IMG/VR virus record: IMGVR_UViG_3300032267_001142
Span: 96,001 to 160,000 of that record
DNA length: 64,000 nt
Strand: one strand, 5' to 3'
From: a virus
The notes under the pieces are model-generated. The model ran no database searches and was not told the origin of the DNA. It worked only from the letters and a program-made list of their open reading frames with translations. Positions 52,977 through 61,159 of the stretch are shown one piece after another. Made by a program: the position numbers and the translations under genes. Position 1 is the first letter of the stretch; each line of letters opens with the position of its first letter.

Positions 52977-53022
52977 CGGATAAGTGTTGACCTTTTTCTA
53001 AAAGGGGATACAGTGGTTAGTA

Positions 53023-53312
53023 ACGCAATCGCTAAGCGACTCTACGCGCAATGCCGTAACCAGTGCGGTAAAGTGAGGAAAGTTCTTGGCAGCCGAGAGA
53101 ACGACAGGAGAGCGCCCGCTAGCAATAGCGGCGTTCGTTAATACTGCAAGTTAGCTGCAACCCGAACAGTCCGATGGTAGCTCTCCCAAATGAGGACGGG
53201 TCGGGGCGGTAGGATTCACACCCTACGGGCGCTGTAAAGCGTTCAGTCAAATGTAGAGTTGAAGTCCCGCAAGGGACCAGACCAGAACCGAGGCTATAGC
53301 TAGCGATTGCGT
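53023..53312 (+). ncRNA. rnpB: RNase P RNA (290 nt, reduced specificity domain)
   Basis: P1 ACGCAATCGCTA/TAGCGATTGCGT; P2 CGACTCTAC/GTAGAGTTG; GAGGAAAGTTC and CAGAACCGAGGCTAT with covarying P4 (TCTTGG/CCGAGG); P6-, P15-, P18- and P19-like helices. Confidence 0.9.
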
Positions 53313-53354
53313 ATCTTTTCTTACAAATAATGATTATTAAGACTAACAGGTGAT

Positions 53355-53579
53355 ATGGCAGCTAAAAGAAAGCCCGCACGAGGCAAGAAAAAGCTAAATA
53401 AGTCCGCTCTTAAAGAAGGGCTTGAGGCGGCACGCTCATTGACTAGAGAGCGATGGATGCATGAAGTAACGAGCGCCCTTACTTTCCTTCTGACAGGTAA
53501 AGACGACGAAAGAATCGTCCGACTATGTGGGGCTCTTCAAGACGCTATACGCTGGAGCAACTTCAGCGACGATAAATAA
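53355..53579 (+). CDS. Small hypothetical protein
   Basis: ORF with basic N-terminus. Confidence 0.6.
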   Translation: MAAKRKPARGKKKLNKSALKEGLEAARSLTRERWMHEVTSALTFLLTGKDDERIVRLCGALQDAIRWSNFSDDK

Positions 53580-53944
53580 TGACTGTCAATAATACGAAAC
53601 TCAATCTCTTGATTGCGGAGCTAGGAGGATGGAAGGAACTGCCCCAACATGAATTTGTAAAAGTGTATCAACCTTGGCAAGCGAAAGTTTATAGCAGCAA
53701 ATATAAGCACATCCGAAACTATGGAGCTTCACTTGACGCGTGTGCCGAATTTGAGAAAAGCTTGACCGCTTTACAAAAACTGAAATTCGCTTTCGTTCTT
53801 TGCAGCGTTGTGGGTAGTCAAGGAATGCAACACGGTATGCTAGTAGAAGATGTGAACCGAATCGCGTTTGCAACGCCAATCCAACGCTGCCTAGCATATA
53901 TCCGCACTGTCGCGCCAGAACGAGAGAAGGAGATTTACGATTAA
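53579..53944 (+). CDS. Hypothetical protein (ABA-sandwich-like), similar to 42458..42802
   Basis: GW...NY..SLDAC.EFE..L...ATP.QRC.AY. Confidence 0.7.
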   Translation: MTVNNTKLNLLIAELGGWKELPQHEFVKVYQPWQAKVYSSKYKHIRNYGASLDACAEFEKSLTALQKLKFAFVLCSVVGSQGMQHGMLVEDVNRIAFATPIQRCLAYIRTVAPEREKEIYD

Positions 53945-53987
53945 ACTCTGCTCTTGTGCCTTTTGTAAAACTAAGTAAAGTCTGATA

Positions 53988-54443
53988 ATGCTAACTGTCT
54001 ATCCGCCCGATTACGGGCCGCACCACGATTATCCGAGCGAGCCAATCGGGGAAGGAAACCCGTATTATCAATGTTGCTCGTGTGGAGCCTCAGACCCGCA
54101 AATAAACGGCACCCTTAGTGGTCATAAGGGCGGTTGCGGCTGGGTTGCCGGTTTCCAAAAAGGATGGCAAGAGCGCTACTACGATTCGATGATTGACTGC
54201 GCCGCTATTCGTGGTCCCGATGGGCGGGTCTGGACCGGCAAGCGGCATTACCACTGTATCAATACAATTATCCAAGCTACCGGCGTAAAACAGGTTGCCG
54301 AAGGATACGAACAGGGGTTCGTTACCATGTCTGGGCGATTTGTTACGCGCAGAGAGGCAGGACAACTTGTGCAAAAAACTGGACAGGTAAAAGTGACACC
54401 ATACAACCCAAAGCTTGAACTTTTCAGTGAAAATTTATATTAG
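53988..54443 (+). CDS. Hypothetical protein
   Basis: AAI.G.DG.V.TG.RH...QGFVT..G.FV.R.EA...LFSENLY. Confidence 0.7.
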   Translation: MLTVYPPDYGPHHDYPSEPIGEGNPYYQCCSCGASDPQINGTLSGHKGGCGWVAGFQKGWQERYYDSMIDCAAIRGPDGRVWTGKRHYHCINTIIQATGVKQVAEGYEQGFVTMSGRFVTRREAGQLVQKTGQVKVTPYNPKLELFSENLY

Positions 54444-54514
54444 TGAGTTTCTGATTCAAAAGCCCCGTTGCTTTATAGTCTTGCGTCTTCGGTAAAACCC
54501 GCCAATCTTCCGTC

Positions 54515-55018
54515 ATGACTTTTTCTCTCGACATGACTCTCAAGTATGACCCTACTGATGCCCGCGCTACTCGCAAGGGTTTTCAGAAGTGGTGGGCTAT
54601 GGCGCTAGCGCCAAAGGGCTTACACGACTACTACGCGCACTGGTTGATGAAGACCCACGGCGTCAAGCTTACGCTTCCGCTATGGGGCGTGCATCTTACG
54701 GTTATCCGTGGAGAGTTGCCTCGTCATCTGCGTAATTGGCGTAAGTATGATGGGCAGACCTTCCGAGTGTATTACGACGGCTCTGACCTTCAGTATTCGG
54801 ATAAGTATGCGTGGCTACCCGCGCATTCTCCTGATTTGGAGGCGGTTCGTCGTGAACTTGGGCTTCGCTCGCAGCCGAAGGTAGCTTTTCACGTTACTTT
54901 GGGTAATCGTAAAAATCTGGAACTTCCGAAGAAGAGGGTTTTTAATCCAGTCGTTTTCCCTTGGGAAAAGCACAACTTCGAGTCCTACGAATATCGAGAG
55001 TTCTCCCCCGCGAAATAG
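54515..55018 (+). CDS. 2H phosphoesterase family protein
   Basis: Two HxT motifs: GVHLTVIRGE and FHVTLG. Confidence 0.75.
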   Translation: MTFSLDMTLKYDPTDARATRKGFQKWWAMALAPKGLHDYYAHWLMKTHGVKLTLPLWGVHLTVIRGELPRHLRNWRKYDGQTFRVYYDGSDLQYSDKYAWLPAHSPDLEAVRRELGLRSQPKVAFHVTLGNRKNLELPKKRVFNPVVFPWEKHNFESYEYREFSPAK

Positions 55019-55106
55019 CGCCGACGAAAGTTCGTGCTATTTTCGCTTTTAATGCGAGAAAAAGTTAGACGCGCTATAAAAACGCGCTAGATTCTTAATT
55101 CACAAT

Positions 55107-55958
55107 ATGGGCTGCTTAAACTCTACAGGACAATTCACTCACTGGTTCGGAAACATTCACCTATCGGGACCGTGCAATCGCTCTTGCTATTTTTGTATCG
55201 GGCAGCACATGATGGCGCTTGACCCGCTCAATAATTTAGATGAATGGCCTTTAAGGAACTTCGATAAATTCATAGTGCTTTGTGGAGAGCGCTGCGTTTC
55301 CGAGGTTAATTTGACAGGCAGCAATACTGACCCCTTGATGTATAAACATCACGCTAGTTTGACCGCCGCGCTAAAGGAACAGATTCCTAACTGTAAACTT
55401 GGGCTGCGCACGAACGGCGCTATGGCGGAAAGTCACCCTGAGATATGGAGTCTTTACGATAAGGCGAGTATCTCCATTACTTCGTTTGACGCTGACATTT
55501 ACAAAGCGACTATGGGGTGCGGCGCTCCGCCGAACATTTCTGCCCTCTTGAAGTTAAAACCAGAAATGCCAGTCAAGGTGAACGTCGTCCTCTGTCCAGA
55601 GGTAATGGGCGAGGATATCAAAAGGACGCTGGACATTCTTACGGACGCTGGAATAAAAACGGTGAACCTTCGGGAACCTTACGGCCAACCGCATCTAGGA
55701 AGTCCGTTGAAAAATCCCACTGGCAGTCGGTTGGGTATGCCTCGCTACGATTGGAAAGGAATGGACGTTACTTATTGGGACGTGCATTACGTGGAAGTTG
55801 AAAGTGTCAACCTATACGCTAACGGAATCGTTAGTGAGACCTACCCTATCACTAAGGGTCACGCTCCTAACGGAGAGGTCATTGCGCAACAGAACTGGAC
55901 GCGTAGCGGCAGGCAGCGCCCTCAGTGGTTGAAGTATGATAAAGAGTTGACTGCCTAA
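55107..55958 (+). CDS. Radical SAM protein
   Basis: CNRSCYFC; LTG..TDP; RTNG. Confidence 0.88.
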   Translation: MGCLNSTGQFTHWFGNIHLSGPCNRSCYFCIGQHMMALDPLNNLDEWPLRNFDKFIVLCGERCVSEVNLTGSNTDPLMYKHHASLTAALKEQIPNCKLGLRTNGAMAESHPEIWSLYDKASISITSFDADIYKATMGCGAPPNISALLKLKPEMPVKVNVVLCPEVMGEDIKRTLDILTDAGIKTVNLREPYGQPHLGSPLKNPTGSRLGMPRYDWKGMDVTYWDVHYVEVESVNLYANGIVSETYPITKGHAPNGEVIAQQNWTRSGRQRPQWLKYDKELTA

Positions 55959-55983
55959 CAAAATAGCAGTATACATCGCCTAC

Positions 55984-56433
55984 ATGAATCACGAAATCTT
56001 CCCGACTCTTTTGTTTGGTCATTTGCTTGGTGACTATCTGTTCCAAAATCGGAAGATGGCGGTGAATAAGTCGAAAAGCACGCCAATATGCTTGCTGCAT
56101 TGCACAATTTATACGCTATGCGTGACTGCGACGGCGTGGCCCATCGTTCACTCATGGAGTTGGTCAATCTTTATCTTTCTCACCCACTTTCCTATCGACA
56201 GGTTTTCTTTGGCAGGTCATTGGATGAAGATGTTGGGGTCGCCGACTTTGGAGGATTTCGTAACGAAATCCGACGATAGTATCCCGAATAATGTCATTGT
56301 CAGCAAATACCTCGCGCTGCAAGGAGGGTTCGCGGCGCTCGTTTACGCCGTTTGTGACAACGCGATGCATCTGATGTTGATGTATTATGGTTATTTCTTT
56401 TTCTTCGATGACGGACTGGCGTTTTCTTACTGA
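55984..56433 (+). CDS. DUF3307-like membrane protein
   Basis: GHLLGDYLFQ..MA..K...HC..Y...TH..ID...DN..H. Confidence 0.85.
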   Translation: MNHEIFPTLLFGHLLGDYLFQNRKMAVNKSKSTPICLLHCTIYTLCVTATAWPIVHSWSWSIFIFLTHFPIDRFSLAGHWMKMLGSPTLEDFVTKSDDSIPNNVIVSKYLALQGGFAALVYAVCDNAMHLMLMYYGYFFFFDDGLAFSY

Positions 56434-56474
56434 ACTCTCTTGCCAGCATCACAAAAACCTATAATATCAAAAAC

Positions 56475-57014
56475 ATGAACATCACACTGTCCCTATCCGA
56501 AGTCGTCAATTTCGTCATTTTTATGCGAACGCTGAACAAGCAACCTTTTAGCGCCCACGACGTGACACAGGCGGTTCGCTCAGCCGTTCAACAGGGCATC
56601 GTCCTGTCGGACGCGGCTGTGGTGCGTCATTATGGTTCCGGTGGTGTCCGCGAGCTTGTCAAAGCTTATGTGGAGAAGTTTCCTGACGCTTTTGATAAAT
56701 CCTTTGCCGCTGGAGGTTGGTTTGTCTATACCTACCGTGGCGACGACAAGGCACCCGTGAGCGCTGCGGTAGCTGTTCCGATGCCTCAGTCGGCTACGAC
56801 GCTCGAAATGGCGGTGAAGCGTCATCTTGTCGCCAAGGGAACGGGAAAGCAAGTCACCATCAAGGGCATCCAGAGCGCTCTCAAGAGTTTCAGCGTCAAG
56901 TGCAGTGAAATCCACGACGCTCTCGTCTCTCTCTCGAAAGCCGGTCACAAAATCGTCATCTGGAACGACCCCGACGGTAATATCAGCAAAACTACGGTCA
57001 AAATCATTGACTAA
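56475..57014 (+). CDS. Hypothetical protein
   Basis: TATAAT box upstream; two-domain ORF. Confidence 0.7.
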   Translation: MNITLSLSEVVNFVIFMRTLNKQPFSAHDVTQAVRSAVQQGIVLSDAAVVRHYGSGGVRELVKAYVEKFPDAFDKSFAAGGWFVYTYRGDDKAPVSAAVAVPMPQSATTLEMAVKRHLVAKGTGKQVTIKGIQSALKSFSVKCSEIHDALVSLSKAGHKIVIWNDPDGNISKTTVKIID

Positions 57015-57041
57015 AAACCAAAAACGAGTGTAATTCATTTT

Positions 57042-57272
57042 ATGAGCAAGGACAACGATATCTTCGAGTGCGAAAACTGCGGAAACGAGTTTTGCTGGGA
57101 CGACGACTGCGCCGAACTTACGGAAGACGAAAAGGGTAAGGTCACGGACTTGATTTTGGTCTGCGCTCCATGTCGCAGGGCAGACCTCGGAGCGAAATTG
57201 AAGAAGTCAGGTGACTCAGGAAATGGTATGGCGGCAGCAATCGCAGTGCCATGTCGAACCGATGGAAAGTAA
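57042..57272 (+). CDS. Small Zn-finger protein
   Basis: CENCG...CAPC; GTGTAA motif 8 nt upstream. Confidence 0.6.
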   Translation: MSKDNDIFECENCGNEFCWDDDCAELTEDEKGKVTDLILVCAPCRRADLGAKLKKSGDSGNGMAAAIAVPCRTDGK

Positions 57273-57514
57273 CGATTGAGGATTGGAAAGTCGAGAACTT
57301 CGGCGAATCGACGCCAGTTTTCGTTCTTAGCGGCAAGGTTTTCGGCCACCCTAAAATCAAGGATGGTGAAGAGTATTTCACTTCCAGAATCATTGGTTGG
57401 TATCCATGCTCTCACAAGGTTGTCTCTAGCGCCGGAATGACTTATTCGTTGGGCGAACCTGACAAAAAGTGGGCCGCACTCAACGCAAAGACTTGCGCTT
57501 TACTGAAAAAGTAA
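57251..57514 (+). CDS. Small hypothetical protein
   Basis: G.V.GHP...DG....TS.I...Y.LG. Confidence 0.65.
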   Translation: MSNRWKVTIEDWKVENFGESTPVFVLSGKVFGHPKIKDGEEYFTSRIIGWYPCSHKVVSSAGMTYSLGEPDKKWAALNAKTCALLKK

Positions 57515-57527
57515 CTATAAGTAGGTA

Positions 57528-57905
57528 GTGAATCACGCCGCGCTTATATCGGAAATCCAAAAGTCGCTTTCTCCAGACCTCCTAAAAGGCAGGTGGAAAT
57601 ATCATCAGACGCACCCCCTTTCAGGACATTGTTATGTAGCCTCTGAGGCTTTGTGGCATCTGATAGACGATAAAAGCACTTGGGCCGTAATGTGTGCGTC
57701 GTATAACGACGCGAACGGAAAGGCGACCCATTGGTGGCTAAAAAACAAAAACACCAAAGAAATACTTGACCCCACCGCCGCTCAGTTTCAAGTATCGCCG
57801 CCTTATCACCTTGGCAAAGGGTGTGGGTTCTTGACAAAACTACCATCGAAAAGGGCGCAGACTTTGATAGACAGAGTTGTCGCCCGCACTGAATACACGC
57901 CATGA
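57528..57905 (+). CDS. Hypothetical protein
   Basis: GHCYVASEA.WH...THWWL...ILDPT..QF. Confidence 0.75.
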   Translation: MNHAALISEIQKSLSPDLLKGRWKYHQTHPLSGHCYVASEALWHLIDDKSTWAVMCASYNDANGKATHWWLKNKNTKEILDPTAAQFQVSPPYHLGKGCGFLTKLPSKRAQTLIDRVVARTEYTP

Positions 57906-58093
57906 ACCTCCCAAAGACGGACAAACCTTGCCGTTCACTGCTAGCGGCAGTCGTGAGGCTTTATCGCCGCGCTAGACTTGAGTTTGTTTTATGGCGATAT
58001 GGGATGACGGGGACCCGAATGCAGGTAAGACTTTTGAGGACGCGTGGCTATAAAAATGTTGCAGAGTGGCGAAAGCCGTGTAAGATAAGGTAG
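57902..58093 (+). CDS. Small hypothetical protein
   Basis: ATGA-coupled. Confidence 0.45.
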   Translation: MNLPKTDKPCRSLLAAVVRLYRRARLEFVLWRYGMTGTRMQVRLLRTRGYKNVAEWRKPCKIR

Positions 58094-58108
58094 TTCTTTG
58101 ATAGTAAT

Positions 58109-58522
58109 GGGGTAGCAAGGATTCGACAAATAAGACGAGTCTAAACCCGCAAGCCGCTTATGGTAGTTAGACTGCGTCAAATCTCTACCAAGCATAAACG
58201 TCTCAAACGTAATTGCAAAAGTGAAGACCGCTTGGAGCGCCTTCCGTAATAACCTTACGGTTGCCTTCGGGAGCTTTTCGCCCGTCGTGGCCTAATCACG
58301 GCCACCCGTATCATTTCCGATTTCTGCTAGGACTTAGATGCGACATTAGCAGGATTTACGAAATAAGTTCGCATATTCTTATTCGTCACATACGATATAC
58401 GCTGTGGTCAGTTAGGTTTTGTCATTTTAGACAACTGGCCGAAAGCAAAAAAGAAACTAAGCTTGTAGAAGGTCTGATAAAAATTGTTTGGACAGGGGCT
58501 TCGATGCCCCTCTACTCCACCA
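58109..58522 (+). ncRNA. ssrA: tmRNA (414 nt); tag ORF 58215-58295, AKVKTAWSAFRNNLTVAFGSFSPVVA*
   Basis: GGGGTAG/CTACTCC acceptor with G3:U70, 5' GGATTCGAC, 3' GACAGGGGCTTCGATGCCCC...ACCA; GCA resume codon after TAATT. Confidence 0.92.
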
Positions 58523-58535
58523 TTAGCCTTGATTT

Positions 58536-59405
58536 TTGAGCAAAGAGCACTATCATAAAACAATGAACTCTCTTCTTGCTTTATTCGAGGCTACTAAAAA
58601 TGACCGGCGCTGCGAAGACATTGGGCAACATTTGCCCACCTTGCGGCGTGTTGCTGGTGAATGCAACACCGCGCTAGAGATTGGCGTCCGAGGCGGATGC
58701 TCAACAATAGGTATCGCCGCTGGTCTTTACGATGGAATCGTAACGCGTTACCGCAGCCAAGCGGTGTTCGTCCGTTATACGTGCCCCAAGTGCCGACTGG
58801 ATTGCGTAGTGATGCATAGTCACCGAGGGCAACGGGCGTGTGGGTATTGCGAAAATACCATAGTGAGCGCTTTTTTTGAAAAGGTTATGGTTAGGGACGC
58901 CGACGAAGACGTATGGAAGGTTCTCACCAATTGTCCATTTGAGTCGGAGAGGATTTTCAATAGCCTTCCGACGTTTCCCGTTTTGGATTCATTGGATATT
59001 TCGGACTGCGAGAACACCGGCATCAGGTCTCTCGTTAATGCCCAAGGGATATCAGGGAAGTTCACTCGTGCCGACTCACTCACTTTCACGCCTAGCCAGA
59101 GTTACGATTTGGTGTTTATCGACACCCTTCATACCTATTTGCAACTAAAGGCTGAGCTTGATAGATACTCAAACTTCGCTAACAAATACATCGCGCTTCA
59201 CGATACCGAGCCGCCCTTCAAGTATCAGGACGAGACGGAGAACCCCGACTCACCTCACACTGGCCTGCGCTGGGCCGTGAAGGACTTCATTCAAGAGAAT
59301 GCTGGCAAGTGGTATGTAAAAGAGCACCACGCCTATTGTCACGGCATGACGATTCTAGCGAAAGGCTCCGGCGAAGATTGCGGGGAATGGATTAATGCCG
59401 AATGA
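58536..59405 (+). CDS. Class I SAM methyltransferase (Methyltransf_24-like) with a Cys-rich insertion
   Basis: LEIGVRGG.S, DLVFIDT.H.Y, ALHDT; CPKC...CGYC insert. Confidence 0.8.
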   Translation: MSKEHYHKTMNSLLALFEATKNDRRCEDIGQHLPTLRRVAGECNTALEIGVRGGCSTIGIAAGLYDGIVTRYRSQAVFVRYTCPKCRLDCVVMHSHRGQRACGYCENTIVSAFFEKVMVRDADEDVWKVLTNCPFESERIFNSLPTFPVLDSLDISDCENTGIRSLVNAQGISGKFTRADSLTFTPSQSYDLVFIDTLHTYLQLKAELDRYSNFANKYIALHDTEPPFKYQDETENPDSPHTGLRWAVKDFIQENAGKWYVKEHHAYCHGMTILAKGSGEDCGEWINAE

Positions 59406-60172
59406 TAGCTAGACTGTTTAATCAGGATTGCCGAGAAGGATTAAAGCGAATAGCTCCGCTGTCTGTTGACACTATCGTTACGTCACCGCCGTATAATATC
59501 GGGGCCGATTACGCGTCTTACGACGACAATAAAGACGAGAACCTGTATTTGTCCTTTTTAGCGGACGTATTCGTTGAGATACGAAATAAGATGACAGAGG
59601 GAGCGTCTTTGTTCCTAAACGTAGGCTCGAAGCCCACGAACCCTATATTCCCTCATAGGGTGGCTTCGGTAGTGTCTGATATTTTGTGTTTGCAGAATAC
59701 TTTCCATTGGATAAAGTCAGTGACCATCGACAAATCGGGAACACAAATATCTGCGGGGCATTTCAAACCGATAAACAGCAAAAGATTCGTGAACGATTGT
59801 CACGAATACATCTTTCATTTCAGCAAAAATGGTAGCGCTGAACTTGACCGTTTGGCCGTAGGCGTTGAATATGCGGACATCTCAAACACTAAGAGATGGA
59901 AGGCGGGAAACACTAAACGGTGCCGAGGAAATAATTGGTTTATTCCGTATTCGACAGTGCAGGCGAAAAAGTTTCATCCGGCGACATTCCCCGAAGCTTT
60001 AGTAGAAAGATGCCTCGCGGTCTCAGGCGGCGCGACAAATAAGGTAATCATGGACCCTTTTATGGGAGTTGGCACCACCGGCATAGTCGCAAAGCGCTTA
60101 GGTGCGCGAGAGTTTGTAGGGTTTGAAATAGACAAAATTTACTTTGATATCGCACAAAACGGGTTAAAGTAG
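59402..60172 (+). CDS. Beta-class N4C/N6A DNA methyltransferase
   Basis: TSPPYN motif IV precedes HPATFP and DPFMGVGTT motif I. Confidence 0.92.
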   Translation: MIARLFNQDCREGLKRIAPLSVDTIVTSPPYNIGADYASYDDNKDENLYLSFLADVFVEIRNKMTEGASLFLNVGSKPTNPIFPHRVASVVSDILCLQNTFHWIKSVTIDKSGTQISAGHFKPINSKRFVNDCHEYIFHFSKNGSAELDRLAVGVEYADISNTKRWKAGNTKRCRGNNWFIPYSTVQAKKFHPATFPEALVERCLAVSGGATNKVIMDPFMGVGTTGIVAKRLGAREFVGFEIDKIYFDIAQNGLK

Positions 60173-60181
60173 CAATTCAAG

Positions 60182-60607
60182 ATGAACAACCAAGAAGACA
60201 TCAACGTCGGTGATAAGGTCGTGTGTATCGCTGGACACTATTTCAAATTTCAACTGCTGAAATCGACGGTAGCTTACTCTGTAAAAAGTGTTTCAGAAGA
60301 GGGAAATATCACCCTAGAAGAGACAGGAAACTTCCTGTTCCCTAAGAAATGCTTCAAAAAATTCAAAGCTCGACTCGCGAAGGGTGTAAAGAGAGGAACA
60401 CCCGAAGAGTTCGCCGATAACCTCGCTAAGCAAAAAGAAGAGACGCTAGCGCGCCTCTCTGAGCTAGGAATAGAGTGGGAAGTCGCGAGCGATGAAGGTG
60501 ATAAGCAGGAAGCGGAGCGTCTTATGTCCCATATCGACTTCCTTCTTGAGAAACTTCACGTAATCAATTCCTCTCCTAATGGCACTAGCACCGACCAAGA
60601 AGGCTAA
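60182..60607 (+). CDS. Hypothetical protein
   Basis: GDKVVCI SH3-like start, helical tail. Confidence 0.65.
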   Translation: MNNQEDINVGDKVVCIAGHYFKFQLLKSTVAYSVKSVSEEGNITLEETGNFLFPKKCFKKFKARLAKGVKRGTPEEFADNLAKQKEETLARLSELGIEWEVASDEGDKQEAERLMSHIDFLLEKLHVINSSPNGTSTDQEG

Positions 60608-61067
60608 ATTTTTAGTTGACCTCGCCAGAGGTAAAGCGGGCGAAGAGTTGGTTGCCAAAACGCTATTACCTTTCTATGGTGCTAAAGAAGCCGTTACTGA
60701 TTCTTCGGCGACGCATGATTTGACTTTTATTCTCGCTGACGATGCTCGGCATAAAGTTGAGGTCAAGGTTGACTTTTTGGCCGGTAAGACAGGCAATGTC
60801 TTTATCGAATACCTTTGTTCCAAAAAGCAATCAGGCATTCTTGCTACCACAGCGCAGGATTGGGCGATTGTGGTCCCCGATAAGAATGCAATTTATGTTT
60901 TCTGCCCAAAGCTTTTAGTTCAGGCGATTGAGAAATCTTCGGTCAAGTTTCGTCAAGTATCAGGAGGCGATAGGTATGCAACGCGTGGTTGGTTAGTGCC
61001 TCTGGAGGAACTTGAGAAAATGCAGTTTTGTACGAAACTTCCTGCGGAATGCTCTGCTCAGGTGTAG
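60579..61067 (+). CDS. PD-(D/E)xK-like nuclease-fold protein
   Basis: G..GE, D...EVK.D....TGNVFIEY...SG...T.A..W. Confidence 0.7.
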   Translation: MALAPTKKAKFLVDLARGKAGEELVAKTLLPFYGAKEAVTDSSATHDLTFILADDARHKVEVKVDFLAGKTGNVFIEYLCSKKQSGILATTAQDWAIVVPDKNAIYVFCPKLLVQAIEKSSVKFRQVSGGDRYATRGWLVPLEELEKMQFCTKLPAECSAQV

Positions 61068-61159
61068 TAGAGTGAAAGCTTCGTCAATCGCAGGTTTCAA
61101 GGTCAAAATCGTCGCCGATAAAGCTGGACGACGCAGCAAAGCCTGTCATATTCACTTAC

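Noticed and set aside
58261-58539. 92-aa ORF in the ORF track
   Set aside because: TTG start, and it lies inside the tmRNA gene
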